A DNA stretch of 64,000 nucleotides from positions 4,478 through 68,477 of the forward strand of contig JAUWGE010000001.1 of assembly GCA_030606565.1 (NCBI GenBank). Reading direction: 5' to 3'. The DNA is from Candidatus Bipolaricaulota bacterium. GTDB taxonomy: Bacteria; Bipolaricaulota; Bipolaricaulia; UBA7950; UBA9294. The notes beneath the pieces were generated by a model. That model searched no databases. It was given only the letters and a program-made list of their open reading frames with translations, and was not told where the DNA came from. Within the stretch, counting starts at the first letter, position 1. Each line of letters begins with the position of its first letter. Positions 1 to 8,236 of this stretch are shown piece by piece. Made by a program: the position numbers and the translations under genes.

Positions 1-1171
1 GCTCGCCGAGCATGACAAAGCGCGTGTTTCCCGCTCCCTGCAGTGCACTTTCAATGACAAGAGCGACACCGCCGAAGGCCTGTATCATCCCCAGAATGAT
101 GAGGGGAGCACACCCCAACGCGATTACAGCGGAATCGGATGTGTAGATGGAGAAAATCGCTCTGGGGAAGGCAACAAATAGGAGTCCCACTGCGCCCATC
201 AGGTAAGCACCCAGTTTTGCCGCTTCCCAGGTATACCGCTCCGCTTCCTTAGACTGACTGGCACCGAGATTCTGCCCGACCAGGGTCGCGGCGGCGACTC
301 CGAGTCCAATTGTCGGCATGATGGATAGGCCGTAGATTGAGCGGATCACGTTACTCGCGGCAAGTTCCAAGGTGCCGATACGGGAGACGATGGAGAAGAA
401 CGCGAAGAAGCTTCCGTTACCGATAAAGCGCTGAGCGATCACCGGAAGGGATAGGCGAAAGATAGGGGCAAACCAGGGAATAGCAAGCGACAGGCGGCGG
501 TAGGGGGAGAAGCTCTTGCGATAGCGACCCAATAGACTGATGATTACAAAGTAGGTCGTCCCTATTCCGGTGGCGATTGTAGAGGCGATCGCCGCGCCCG
601 CGATTCCCATTTGTGGTAGGCTGGCGTGGCCAAAGATCAGCAGGTAGTCTAGGAGAATATTGATGACAGTAACGATGATTGCTGAAGTCATTACTTGCTT
701 AGTGCTTCCCACTCCGCTGAAGAATCCGCGGTAGACCATATTGAGGAGCAAAAACGCCGCTCCAAGGAAGCGGTACCGCAAGTAAAGCTCCCCAAGGTGC
801 GCAACCTGCGGTTCACCGGATAGTAACGGAGCAAAGGCTGCGGCGACCCAGGGTCCTGCCGCAACCAATGGGATCCCACCGATTAAGGCCAATAGTAGCC
901 CCGCATTGAGGACGTGGCCGCACTGCGCGTAGTTCTCCTCACCGTAGCGGCGCGAGGTGAGGGTTTGGACGCCGACCCCGATTCCGGCCAACGAGAAGAC
1001 GATGGCAAAGTATCCAACCCCGGAGATACCAGCGGCGGCAAGCGGGACCGCGCCAAGGCGCCCGAGCATCGCCGTGTCGACGACACTCAGCAGGGTGATG
1101 GAGAGCATCCCTAGCGCCACTGGATAGGCGAGGCGGATCACCGCACGTGAGCGCGTTGGGTGAAGCTTCAT
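1..1171 (-). CDS. MATE family multidrug/oligosaccharidyl-lipid efflux transporter (partial; C-terminus runs off the window start)
   Basis: Manual reverse-strand translation gives MKLHPTRSRAVIRLAYPVALGMLSITLLSVVDTAMLGRLG..., the typical MATE/NorM N-terminus with 12-TM hydrophobic periodicity. The ORF is open to coordinate 1. Annotated ORFs in this interval are out-of-frame artefacts. Confidence 0.8.
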   Translation of the reverse strand, partial: MKLHPTRSRAVIRLAYPVALGMLSITLLSVVDTAMLGRLGAVPLAAAGISGVGYFAIVFSLAGIGVGVQTLTSRRYGEENYAQCGHVLNAGLLLALIGGIPLVAAGPWVAAAFAPLLSGEPQVAHLGELYLRYRFLGAAFLLLNMVYRGFFSGVGSTKQVMTSAIIVTVINILLDYLLIFGHASLPQMGIAGAAIASTIATGIGTTYFVIISLLGRYRKSFSPYRRLSLAIPWFAPIFRLSLPVIAQRFIGNGSFFAFFSIVSRIGTLELAASNVIRSIYGLSIMPTIGLGVAAATLVGQNLGASQSKEAERYTWEAAKLGAYLMGAVGLLFVAFPRAIFSIYTSDSAVIALGCAPLIILGMIQAFGGVALVIESALQGAGNTRFVMLGE

Positions 1172-1217
1172 CCTCTTCCAGAGGCTGCACGAATGAGTAA
1201 CCGATCCTTTCATCACA

Positions 1218-1682
1218 CTACCCCTTCTCTATCCCTTCAACCACCGTTTTTAGGTTCACCTTATCCAGTTGCGTCAACATCACTCCGGCGATCGTTGCTA
1301 ACGTTCCCAGTACCTTAAAGAAAGTGAGGCTTCCTCCCATAAGGAGAACCTCGGCAAACAGGGTGATGAGGGGAATGGAGTTCGCCGAGACTGCGACCTG
1401 AGTAGCGGAGAGATGGACAAGGGCATAGTGCATAGTGAGGAAGGCACCAGCCGGGCAGAGGACGCCCAAGAACAGGATCTCCGATACGATCGTAGGGGTG
1501 ACCTGTGTGAACCAGCGCAGGCCGTCGGTTGCTGCAAGCGGGCCGAACAGAAAGAGGAGGGTGAAGATGGGGATTGTCTTTACCGCGTCCTTGATTGCCA
1601 GGAAGGAAAGGCCCCAGATGAGCATCGCCGAGAAGAGGGCGAGATAAACGATAGCGGTCTTCCTGTAAGATTGCATGGACAT
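1218..1682 (-). CDS. Small DMT/EamA-like membrane protein
   Basis: Hydrophobic 4-TM product ...IVYLALFSAMLIWGLSFLAIK... resembling an EamA half-domain. The start was chosen at the MSMQ/MQ codons next to a GGAAGG RBS. The ORF track gives 1218..1727. Confidence 0.4.
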   Translation of the reverse strand: MSMQSYRKTAIVYLALFSAMLIWGLSFLAIKDAVKTIPIFTLLFLFGPLAATDGLRWFTQVTPTIVSEILFLGVLCPAGAFLTMHYALVHLSATQVAVSANSIPLITLFAEVLLMGGSLTFFKVLGTLATIAGVMLTQLDKVNLKTVVEGIEKG

Positions 1683-1793
1683 ACCTTCCTGTTTATCGCG
1701 GTGTGCTGGGTGCATTGTGCCTGCCATTACTTACTTTAACAACTGGCTTTAGCCTCGCAACAGTGGTAACGTGGGTCTAACGGCGCAAGGAGA

Positions 1794-2762
1794 GTGGAAG
1801 TGGGTAAGCGGGGCGTATTTCTCTTGGTGGCACTGGTGGGCATTCTCGTCTGTTTTTTCAGTTTCATCCGATTGGGTTATGGCGAAAAGCCTGTCCTTAG
1901 CCTGCGAAGCTGGCTTTGCATCCTTCAAGATGCCGAGGCTGAAACTGTCATGCGGTCCGGGTTTGACCTTGTGGTCATGGACTACTCCAGGGACGGCTCT
2001 GATGAGGCACGCTATACGCAAAAGGAGATCGGTGAGATCGTGGCTTCCGGAGTTATCCCCATCTGCTATCTGAGCATCGGCGAAGCCGAGGACTACCGCT
2101 TCTACTGGGAGACCTCCAGGAAGGAGGATCCTCCGTCCTGGCTTGGACGGGCCAACCCTGGCTGGGAGGGGAACTACAAGGTCCGCTACTGGGAGGAGGG
2201 CTGGCAGAGGATCGTCTTTTCCTACTTGGACCGGGTTCTTGAGCAGGGCTTTGCTGGAGTCTACCTGGATGTCATCGACGCGTTCGAGTACTGGGCCGAT
2301 CCTCAAAACGGTGAGTCCATTCGCCCCAGTGAAGAACTTGCTGCACAGTGGATGATCGCCTTTGTGAAAGAGATAGCTCGCTATTGCAGGGAGGAGAAGG
2401 TGCGATCTTATTTTAACATCATTCCTCAAAACGGCGAGCGGATCCTCGACTTCGATACTGATCGTTCGTATCTGGCCGCGATCTCTGGGATCGGGGTTGA
2501 GGACCTCTGGTACGACGAGACCGAGCTTCAACCACAGGAGGAAACAGACTGTCGCCTCTCCTACCTCTTCAAGATCGCGGCTGAAGGTAAGCTCGTCCTT
2601 TCTATCGACTATGTGGATGACGGAACAGGCTACCGGGGCGGTAACTTGGCTCGCATCCGCGACTACCGGGCGAGGGCTGAGGCAGCGGGCTTTATCCCCT
2701 ATGCGGCGCGTACTGACCGCGCGCTTGACCGCATCATTAGGATCACCGGTCTGCAGCCGTAA
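1794..2762 (+). CDS. Glycoside hydrolase family 114-like (TM1410-type endo-alpha-1,4-polygalactosaminidase-like) protein with N-terminal TM anchor
   Basis: Motifs ...GVIPICYLSIGEAEDYRFYWE... and ...GVYLDVIDAFEYWAD... are characteristic of the Glyco_hydro_114/TM1410 family. An N-terminal hydrophobic segment precedes them. The exact start is uncertain (GTG 1794 or 1800). Confidence 0.45.
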   Translation: MEVGKRGVFLLVALVGILVCFFSFIRLGYGEKPVLSLRSWLCILQDAEAETVMRSGFDLVVMDYSRDGSDEARYTQKEIGEIVASGVIPICYLSIGEAEDYRFYWETSRKEDPPSWLGRANPGWEGNYKVRYWEEGWQRIVFSYLDRVLEQGFAGVYLDVIDAFEYWADPQNGESIRPSEELAAQWMIAFVKEIARYCREEKVRSYFNIIPQNGERILDFDTDRSYLAAISGIGVEDLWYDETELQPQEETDCRLSYLFKIAAEGKLVLSIDYVDDGTGYRGGNLARIRDYRARAEAAGFIPYAARTDRALDRIIRITGLQP

Positions 2763-2831
2763 CAGGGCGCGGTTTACTTTAAGATCTTGTCACGGTAAAG
2801 TCTTCCTGCCAACATAATCTAGGAGGTTGTC

Positions 2832-3785
2832 TTGTCCGGCCCTACAGTGTTTAGTCAGAATCGAATTTGCCAGATGCTTCATATCCGCTATCCTATTCTT
2901 TTGGGAGGGATGGCACATGTGTCGCGCGCGCCGCTAGTTGCTGCCGTCTCCAACGCGGGCGGCTTGGGGATCATTGGATCTGGCGGGATGCCGCCCGATA
3001 TCTTGGTCGAGCAGATCGCGCAGGTGCGGAAGAAGACCGACCGACCGTTTGGCGTGAACCTGATGTTGATGGACCCAAACATCGAAGAGCAGGTCGAGGT
3101 CGTCCTGCGTGGGGACGTCCCGATGGTCTCGACCGGGGCGGGAAATCCGGCGAAGTACATGGACAGGTTGAAAGAAGCCGGGATCAGAGTCTTTCCGGTC
3201 ATCCCGGCGACGGCACTCGCCCGCAGAATGGAGCGGGCCGGAGCCGACGGTATCATCGCTGAGGGGACGGAATCCGGTGGGCACGTCGGAGAGGTGACGA
3301 CGATCGTCCTCGTGCCGCAGGTAGTTGATGTTGTGTCCGTACCGGTCGTCGCCGCCGGTGGGATCGCCGACGGCCGCGGTCTTGCGGCCGTCCTTGCCCT
3401 TGGTGCAGAGGGAGTGCAGATGGGGACCAGGTTCCTTGCCTCGGCCGAAGCACCGGTTCATTCGAATTACAAACAGGCGCTCTTGAAGGCAAGCGATCGC
3501 TCGACGATCGTCACCGGGCGCAGCCTCGGCGCGCCGGTGCGCACGATCGTCAACCGGATGACCAAACAGTTCGCCCGCTATGAACAGGAGCATCGCTCGT
3601 TTGAGGAATTCGAGAGCTTGGCCGTGGGTGGGCTTCGTCGTGCTGTCTACGATGGTGACACAGAGGATGGTTCCTTGATGGCCGGGCAGATTGTTGGTCT
3701 GATCGATGAAATCAAACCGGTGGAGATGATCATCGAAGAGGTAGTGCGAACAGCCACAGAATTACTGCAGGAGGGGAAGCTTTAA
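2832..3785 (+). CDS. fabK: Nitronate monooxygenase / enoyl-ACP reductase II (FabK) family FMN oxidoreductase
   Basis: The product shows the typical NMO/FabK fold motifs: ...MLHIRYPILLGGMAHVSRAPLVAAVSNAGGLGIIG..., ...AEGTESGGHVGE..., ...PVVAAGGIADGRG. A TTG start sits 5 nt after AGGAGG. Confidence 0.8.
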   Translation: MSGPTVFSQNRICQMLHIRYPILLGGMAHVSRAPLVAAVSNAGGLGIIGSGGMPPDILVEQIAQVRKKTDRPFGVNLMLMDPNIEEQVEVVLRGDVPMVSTGAGNPAKYMDRLKEAGIRVFPVIPATALARRMERAGADGIIAEGTESGGHVGEVTTIVLVPQVVDVVSVPVVAAGGIADGRGLAAVLALGAEGVQMGTRFLASAEAPVHSNYKQALLKASDRSTIVTGRSLGAPVRTIVNRMTKQFARYEQEHRSFEEFESLAVGGLRRAVYDGDTEDGSLMAGQIVGLIDEIKPVEMIIEEVVRTATELLQEGKL

Positions 3786-3789
3786 TTGG

Positions 3790-6141
3790 ATGGCAGTTGC
3801 TAACGACAGGACGCTGCGTGACCTGGAGTACGATCGGCTAAAACACCTGCTCAAGGAGTTTGCCTCTTCTTCCCTTGGAGAAGAGGCGATCGATGCTCTT
3901 ACTCCGCTTGCCGACCAACCAGCGATTGAGCGGGGGATGGCCGAGGTGAAAGAAGCGATCAGCTTTCTGGAGCAGCGAGGGCACTTCTCGCTTGGTGGCG
4001 TGCACGACCTTGCTCCTCTCCTTGACCATGCCAAGGAACGGACCCTCCTCGATGGTGAGGAGTTTCTCCTCGTCCTTCAAACGATCGAGAGCACCCACCA
4101 AATTCGGGCCACGCTTACCTCGAAAGAGGATTTACCCCTCCTTCGACGGTTCGCCGAGCGCCTCTCTGAAGCAAGTGAACTTGCAAAAAGGATCACTCAA
4201 GCGATCGACGAAACTGGTGAGATCCGTGACGACGCCTCGCCCACCCTTAAGCAATTGATGGGCAGGCGGCGAACCCTTGAGGAGCGGATCGAGAAAAAGC
4301 TACACGCGTTGATCGAGCGTAATCCTGAACTGATCAGCGAAGCCGTGGTGACCCGCCGCACCGGACGCCTAGTGATTCCGATTAAGAGTGGAGCAACGGG
4401 GGCGATGGAGTTCGTGGTACACGACCGCTCGGCAACCGGTCAGACCCTGTACGCCGAGCCGACCTCGCTTGTGGCGGAGAACAACGCAGTCGTTGGGATA
4501 GAAAGCGAGATTCGCAAGGAGAGGCTGCGCATCCTGCGCGAGTTGACAGATGCGTTCAAACAAGCGGAGCCTGCATTCCTGCGTGACCGGATGATCTTGG
4601 CTCACCTTGATTCCCTTTTTGCTCGTGCCGCCTACGCGGCTGCCCACCACTGTGCGTTTCCTCACCTCTCAGATGTTATTGTGCTAAGGGATGCTCGTCA
4701 TCCCCTGCTTCCGGAGAAGAGGGTTGTGCCGATCTCACTCTCCCTGGGCGGCCATACCCGGATGACCGTAATCACCGGCCCCAACACCGGCGGGAAGACG
4801 GTGACCTTAAAGACGATTGGGCTGTTGACGCTGATGACCCAGTCGGTCATTCCCATCCCCGCCTCCCCGGACTCCGAGCTTGCGATCGCTGCAAAAGTGC
4901 GAAGTGACATTGGCGATGAGCAGTCGATCGAGCAGAACCTCTCTACATTCTCTTCCCACATGGGAAACATAGTCTCTATCCTTAAAGAAGCGGATGCCGA
5001 CTCGTTGATACTGCTCGATGAACTCGGTGCCGGGACCGACCCGCAGGAAGGTGCGGCACTCGGGCTGGCGATCCTTGAGGACCTGTTATCAAGCGAGGCG
5101 CTGGTTGCCGCCTCCACCCATCTCACCCCGCTCAAGTACTTCGCCATTCGCCATCCTACGGTAAAGACCGCCTCTATGGAGTTTGATGTAGAGACCCTCT
5201 CGCCGACGTTTAGGGTGGTTGAAGGGATACCCGGCCGGAGCAACGCCTTTGTCATCGCCCGCGGGCTCGGTCTCTCTGCCCCCTTGGTCAAGCGCGCCCG
5301 CTCGTTCCTCTCGGAAGGGGAGATCAACGCTGAAGACATCATCGAGGAGTTGCAGCGCGAACGCCAGACGATGATTAACTATCGAAGAAAGGCGGAACAG
5401 AAACTCTCCGAAGCCAAGCAGTTGGAAGAGTCCTACCAGGAGCGACTCGCCGCTTTTGAGAGCGCAAAAGAGGAAGAAATCTCCTCAAGGCTGAAGGAGT
5501 TGGAAGCCTTCCTCCGTCGTGGCCAAGAGAGGGTGGAGCACCTTCTTGCCGAGATGAATGCCAGTCCCACCGTGGAAGGGGCAAAGGGTGCCTATCGCGA
5601 ACTTGCCGGGCTGCGGAGGGAGCTTTCTCAGCAGGAAGAGTTGTTCTCACGCAGGGAGGAAGAAGAGGGGATCTCCTCGGCGGAGCTTAAGGTCGGATGC
5701 CTCGTCCACGTACGCAGCCTGGATGCCGACGGACGCATCGTACAGCTCGCCCAGGGGGGGAGAGTAACGGTCGATCTTGAGGGAATCCGGGTGCTCACCG
5801 ACCGCTTCGATTTAGCACCGCCTAGACAGGAGCACAAGGTCAAGTCCCACTCCCCGCTGCCCTTGCAGCCGTCCGTTGGGAGGGTTAGTTTGCAGTTAAA
5901 CGTGCGCGGGATGACGGTCACTGAGGCACTGCGCGAGGTTGAATCCTACCTCGACCGGCTTCTTTTAGCCGATGTCAGGCAGGCGAGCATACTGCACGGG
6001 AAGGGGACCGGTGCGCTGCAGGATGCTGTGCGCAACTACCTTTCTTCTTGTTCATTCGTCGGATCCTGCGGCCCGGCGCCGCCGCGGGAGGGTGGGGAAG
6101 GGGTGACCCTCTTCGAACTCATGGGTGAGGAGAAGGATTGA
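3790..6141 (+). CDS. mutS2: Endonuclease MutS2 (MutS domain plus C-terminal Smr domain)
   Basis: 783 aa. Walker A GPNTGGKTVTLKTIGLL is present. The C-terminal Smr domain is LNVRGMTVTEALREVESYLDRLLLADVRQASILHGKGTGAL. Confidence 0.9.
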   Translation: MAVANDRTLRDLEYDRLKHLLKEFASSSLGEEAIDALTPLADQPAIERGMAEVKEAISFLEQRGHFSLGGVHDLAPLLDHAKERTLLDGEEFLLVLQTIESTHQIRATLTSKEDLPLLRRFAERLSEASELAKRITQAIDETGEIRDDASPTLKQLMGRRRTLEERIEKKLHALIERNPELISEAVVTRRTGRLVIPIKSGATGAMEFVVHDRSATGQTLYAEPTSLVAENNAVVGIESEIRKERLRILRELTDAFKQAEPAFLRDRMILAHLDSLFARAAYAAAHHCAFPHLSDVIVLRDARHPLLPEKRVVPISLSLGGHTRMTVITGPNTGGKTVTLKTIGLLTLMTQSVIPIPASPDSELAIAAKVRSDIGDEQSIEQNLSTFSSHMGNIVSILKEADADSLILLDELGAGTDPQEGAALGLAILEDLLSSEALVAASTHLTPLKYFAIRHPTVKTASMEFDVETLSPTFRVVEGIPGRSNAFVIARGLGLSAPLVKRARSFLSEGEINAEDIIEELQRERQTMINYRRKAEQKLSEAKQLEESYQERLAAFESAKEEEISSRLKELEAFLRRGQERVEHLLAEMNASPTVEGAKGAYRELAGLRRELSQQEELFSRREEEEGISSAELKVGCLVHVRSLDADGRIVQLAQGGRVTVDLEGIRVLTDRFDLAPPRQEHKVKSHSPLPLQPSVGRVSLQLNVRGMTVTEALREVESYLDRLLLADVRQASILHGKGTGALQDAVRNYLSSCSFVGSCGPAPPREGGEGVTLFELMGEEKD

Positions 6142-6203
6142 AAGGATTAAGCCTTTTCGTTAACATGAATCGCTAAGTCTACCGAATAGGGAGAGTTTCA
6201 AGC

Positions 6204-6512
6204 GTGAAGATTACCAAGGTAGAGATCCGGCCGATGCGCAGCGAGGGAAACCTAAAGGCGTTTTGTTCGGTCGTCTTCGACGATGTGTTCATCGTCCATA
6301 GTGTGAAGGTCATTCAGGGGAAGGAAAGCCTGTTTGTCGCCATGCCCAGCCGGGAGATCAAAAACGGCGAGTTCCGCGACACAGCACACCCAATTGACAA
6401 CGACTTCCGCTTAAAGATGGAACAGATCATCATTGATAAGTACAAGGAGGTTGTAAAAGAGGAGCAGGCGGTACTATCTGCGGATATTCCCACTGAGGAT
6501 CTGACATTTTAG
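6204..6512 (+). CDS. spoVG: Septation protein SpoVG
   Basis: MKITKVEIRPMRSEGNLKAFCSVVFDDVFIVHSVKVIQGKESLFVAMPSRE... is a near-canonical SpoVG. GTG start with an upstream GGGAGAG. Confidence 0.85.
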   Translation: MKITKVEIRPMRSEGNLKAFCSVVFDDVFIVHSVKVIQGKESLFVAMPSREIKNGEFRDTAHPIDNDFRLKMEQIIIDKYKEVVKEEQAVLSADIPTEDLTF

Positions 6513-6580
6513 GGCGTAGCCAAGCGGTAAGGCAACGGCCTTTGGAGCCGTGATCGGAGGTTCGAATCCTCCCGCCCTAA
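6510..6580 (+). tRNA. tRNA-Gln (anticodon TTG)
   Basis: A manual cloverleaf was built. Acceptor TAGGGCG/CGCCCTA gives a U1:A72 pair as in bacterial tRNA-Gln. U8 and A9 are present. The anticodon stem is ACGGC/GCCGT with loop CTTTGGA. The T-arm is GGAGG-TTCGAAT-CCTCC. The 5' end overlaps the spoVG stop codon. Confidence 0.65.
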
Positions 6581-6589
6581 CACTTAAGT

Positions 6590-7282
6590 ATGAAGGAAAG
6601 ACCGATTGAGGAACTGGCGAGGAAGCTTCGCTTGAAAATTGCGCCGGAGGCGCTGGAGCGGGCCTTCCTCCACAGTTCGTATGTGAACGAGCGTGGCGAC
6701 CCACGCGGCTCGAACGAGCGGCTGGAGTTCCTGGGCGATGCGGTAATAGGCCTTGCCGTGACGAACTACCTGTGCAAACAGTATCCGGATGCGGATGAAG
6801 GCCGTCTTACCAAGGCGAAGTCGATCGCTGTCAGCCGACCGATGCTGTCCGAGAAGGCAGAAGGGCTAGGCTTCTCTGCTTACCTTCGTTTGGGGAAGGG
6901 AGAGGAAGCAAACAATGGCCGCAAGCGAGCCTCCAATTTGGGGAACGCCTTTGAGGCCCTGGTTGCGGTTATCTTTCTCGAGCGCGGATTTTCATACGCA
7001 GCGAAGTTCGTCGTGCGTTACCTTAAAGAGGATATCGAGCGGTTCCTCGCTGAACAGTCAGCGACAGGGGACTATAAAAGCCTATTACAGGAGGCGGCAC
7101 AGCGACTGTTCGACCGTCGGCCAGCATACGTCGTTACCGAAGCAACGGGAAAGGAGCACCGCAAGAAGTTCACGGTGAAGGTCGCTGTGGCCGGGCACCG
7201 TGGAATCGGCCGCGGTCGCAGTAAGAAGGAGGCTGAGCAGGCAGCGGCGAAACAGTTATACTTGATATTGGAGGAGTTCTAA
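6590..7282 (+). CDS. rnc: Ribonuclease III
   Basis: The RNase III signature ERLEFLGDAV is present, and a C-terminal dsRBD follows. Confidence 0.9.
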   Translation: MKERPIEELARKLRLKIAPEALERAFLHSSYVNERGDPRGSNERLEFLGDAVIGLAVTNYLCKQYPDADEGRLTKAKSIAVSRPMLSEKAEGLGFSAYLRLGKGEEANNGRKRASNLGNAFEALVAVIFLERGFSYAAKFVVRYLKEDIERFLAEQSATGDYKSLLQEAAQRLFDRRPAYVVTEATGKEHRKKFTVKVAVAGHRGIGRGRSKKEAEQAAAKQLYLILEEF

Positions 7283-7287
7283 GAAAC

Positions 7288-7361
7288 GCGCCCGTAGCTC
7301 AGTTGGATAGAGCAGCGGTTTCCTAAACCGCAGGTCGGAGGTTCGAGTCCTCTCGGGCGTA
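7288..7361 (+). tRNA. tRNA-Arg (anticodon CCT)
   Basis: GCGCCCGTAGCTCAGTTGGATAGAGCAGCGGTTTCCTAAACCGCAGGTCGGAGGTTCGAGTCCTCTCGGGCGTA. The anticodon loop TTCCTAA gives CCT. The minus-strand ORF 7279..7524 is a translation of this tRNA. Confidence 0.8.
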
Positions 7362-7531
7362 CAGGTTTCATCTCGTTTAAGCTTCTGTAATCCAGAACGC
7401 GCTCCGGCCTATCTTGACCTTTAATCATGCTGTTTTTGTGTAGCGCAGCGCTAGCCCCGTTCCTGCACGCGATAGCGCCTCTTCTAAGACGATTTTTTAC
7501 TACAGCCGTGACACCAGCACCCACTTTTGGT

Positions 7532-7548
7532 GTATATTATAATATTAC
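7532..7548 (+). promoter_or_regulatory. AT-rich -10-like element (TATATTATAATATTA) directly upstream of the Cys-rich protein gene
   Basis: A conspicuous AT island in a GC-rich genome. TATAAT lies at 7541-7546. No clear -35 was found. Confidence 0.2.
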
Positions 7549-7553
7549 TCGAC

Positions 7554-8147
7554 ATGGAGGTGAGAGATGTGAAAAAGCGGTTCGTGTGGCCAGGCGTTGT
7601 TCTGGTGGGGCTCCTACTTATCGCAGCTGTGATGGGCGCAGCATCGACCTCGTCAAGCGTTTGGAGTGGGCGATACAGGGTGGGAGAGACAGTGTTATTT
7701 AAGGTGGAAGACCAGAAGGTCTTCTGCTGGTGCTGCTGCTGTCAGCCCGCCTGCCCCGAGACGCAGGTGTTGGGTTGGCATATTGCCGACTCTAGTGGTG
7801 GGATCGTCTATTCTGTGGTGAATGACGCACCGGTCCCGGCATCCATCTGGCAGGGAAGTTGGTCACAGATCAATTCCCTGGGAGCATCCGTTGCTGCAGG
7901 CTACTACATACTCTGCGTGGACACGTCGGTGGGAACCCTCTCGCGGTGTCTTTACTTGTATGACCCGTGCTGCGGTTGCTGCTGGGGCTGTTGCGGCTGG
8001 AGCTGTTGTGGATGGAGCCGCTGCGGATGCGGACCACAGTCAACGATCACCAGCTGTTGCTCTCGGACAAGCTTGGTATGGATTGTGGAGGAAGCACCCT
8101 GTTGTCACCTCTTCTTCCGGTGGCCGTGTTGTTCTAGCTGCCCGTAG
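7554..8147 (+). CDS. Cysteine-rich secreted protein (31 Cys in ~193 aa) with signal peptide
   Basis: The likely true start is GTG 7569, 8 nt after GGAGG, giving MKKRFVWPGVVLVGLLLIAAVMGAAS. Cys clusters include CWCCCCQPACPE, CCGCCWGCCGWSCCGWSRCGCG, SCCS and APCCHLFFRWPCCSSCP. Confidence 0.6.
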   Translation: MEVRDVKKRFVWPGVVLVGLLLIAAVMGAASTSSSVWSGRYRVGETVLFKVEDQKVFCWCCCCQPACPETQVLGWHIADSSGGIVYSVVNDAPVPASIWQGSWSQINSLGASVAAGYYILCVDTSVGTLSRCLYLYDPCCGCCWGCCGWSCCGWSRCGCGPQSTITSCCSRTSLVWIVEEAPCCHLFFRWPCCSSCP

Positions 8148-8236
8148 AGGACTTGACGATCGATCTTGCAGGAAGGTGCGTGAGAAAAAGAGTAAAGCGA
8201 CGTTAAACGCGGATATAGACTATCAAGGGGGTACTT

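Noticed and set aside
1749-5342. Antisense ORFs 1749..2531-, 2934..3593-, 4698..5342- overlapping the GH114, fabK and mutS2 genes
   Set aside because: They lie opposite well-supported conserved genes and show no recognisable motifs. They are GC-rich antisense frames.
7279-7524. ORFs 7279..7524- and 51417..51740+
   Set aside because: They run through tRNA genes (tRNA-Arg and tRNA-Ser/Arg respectively).
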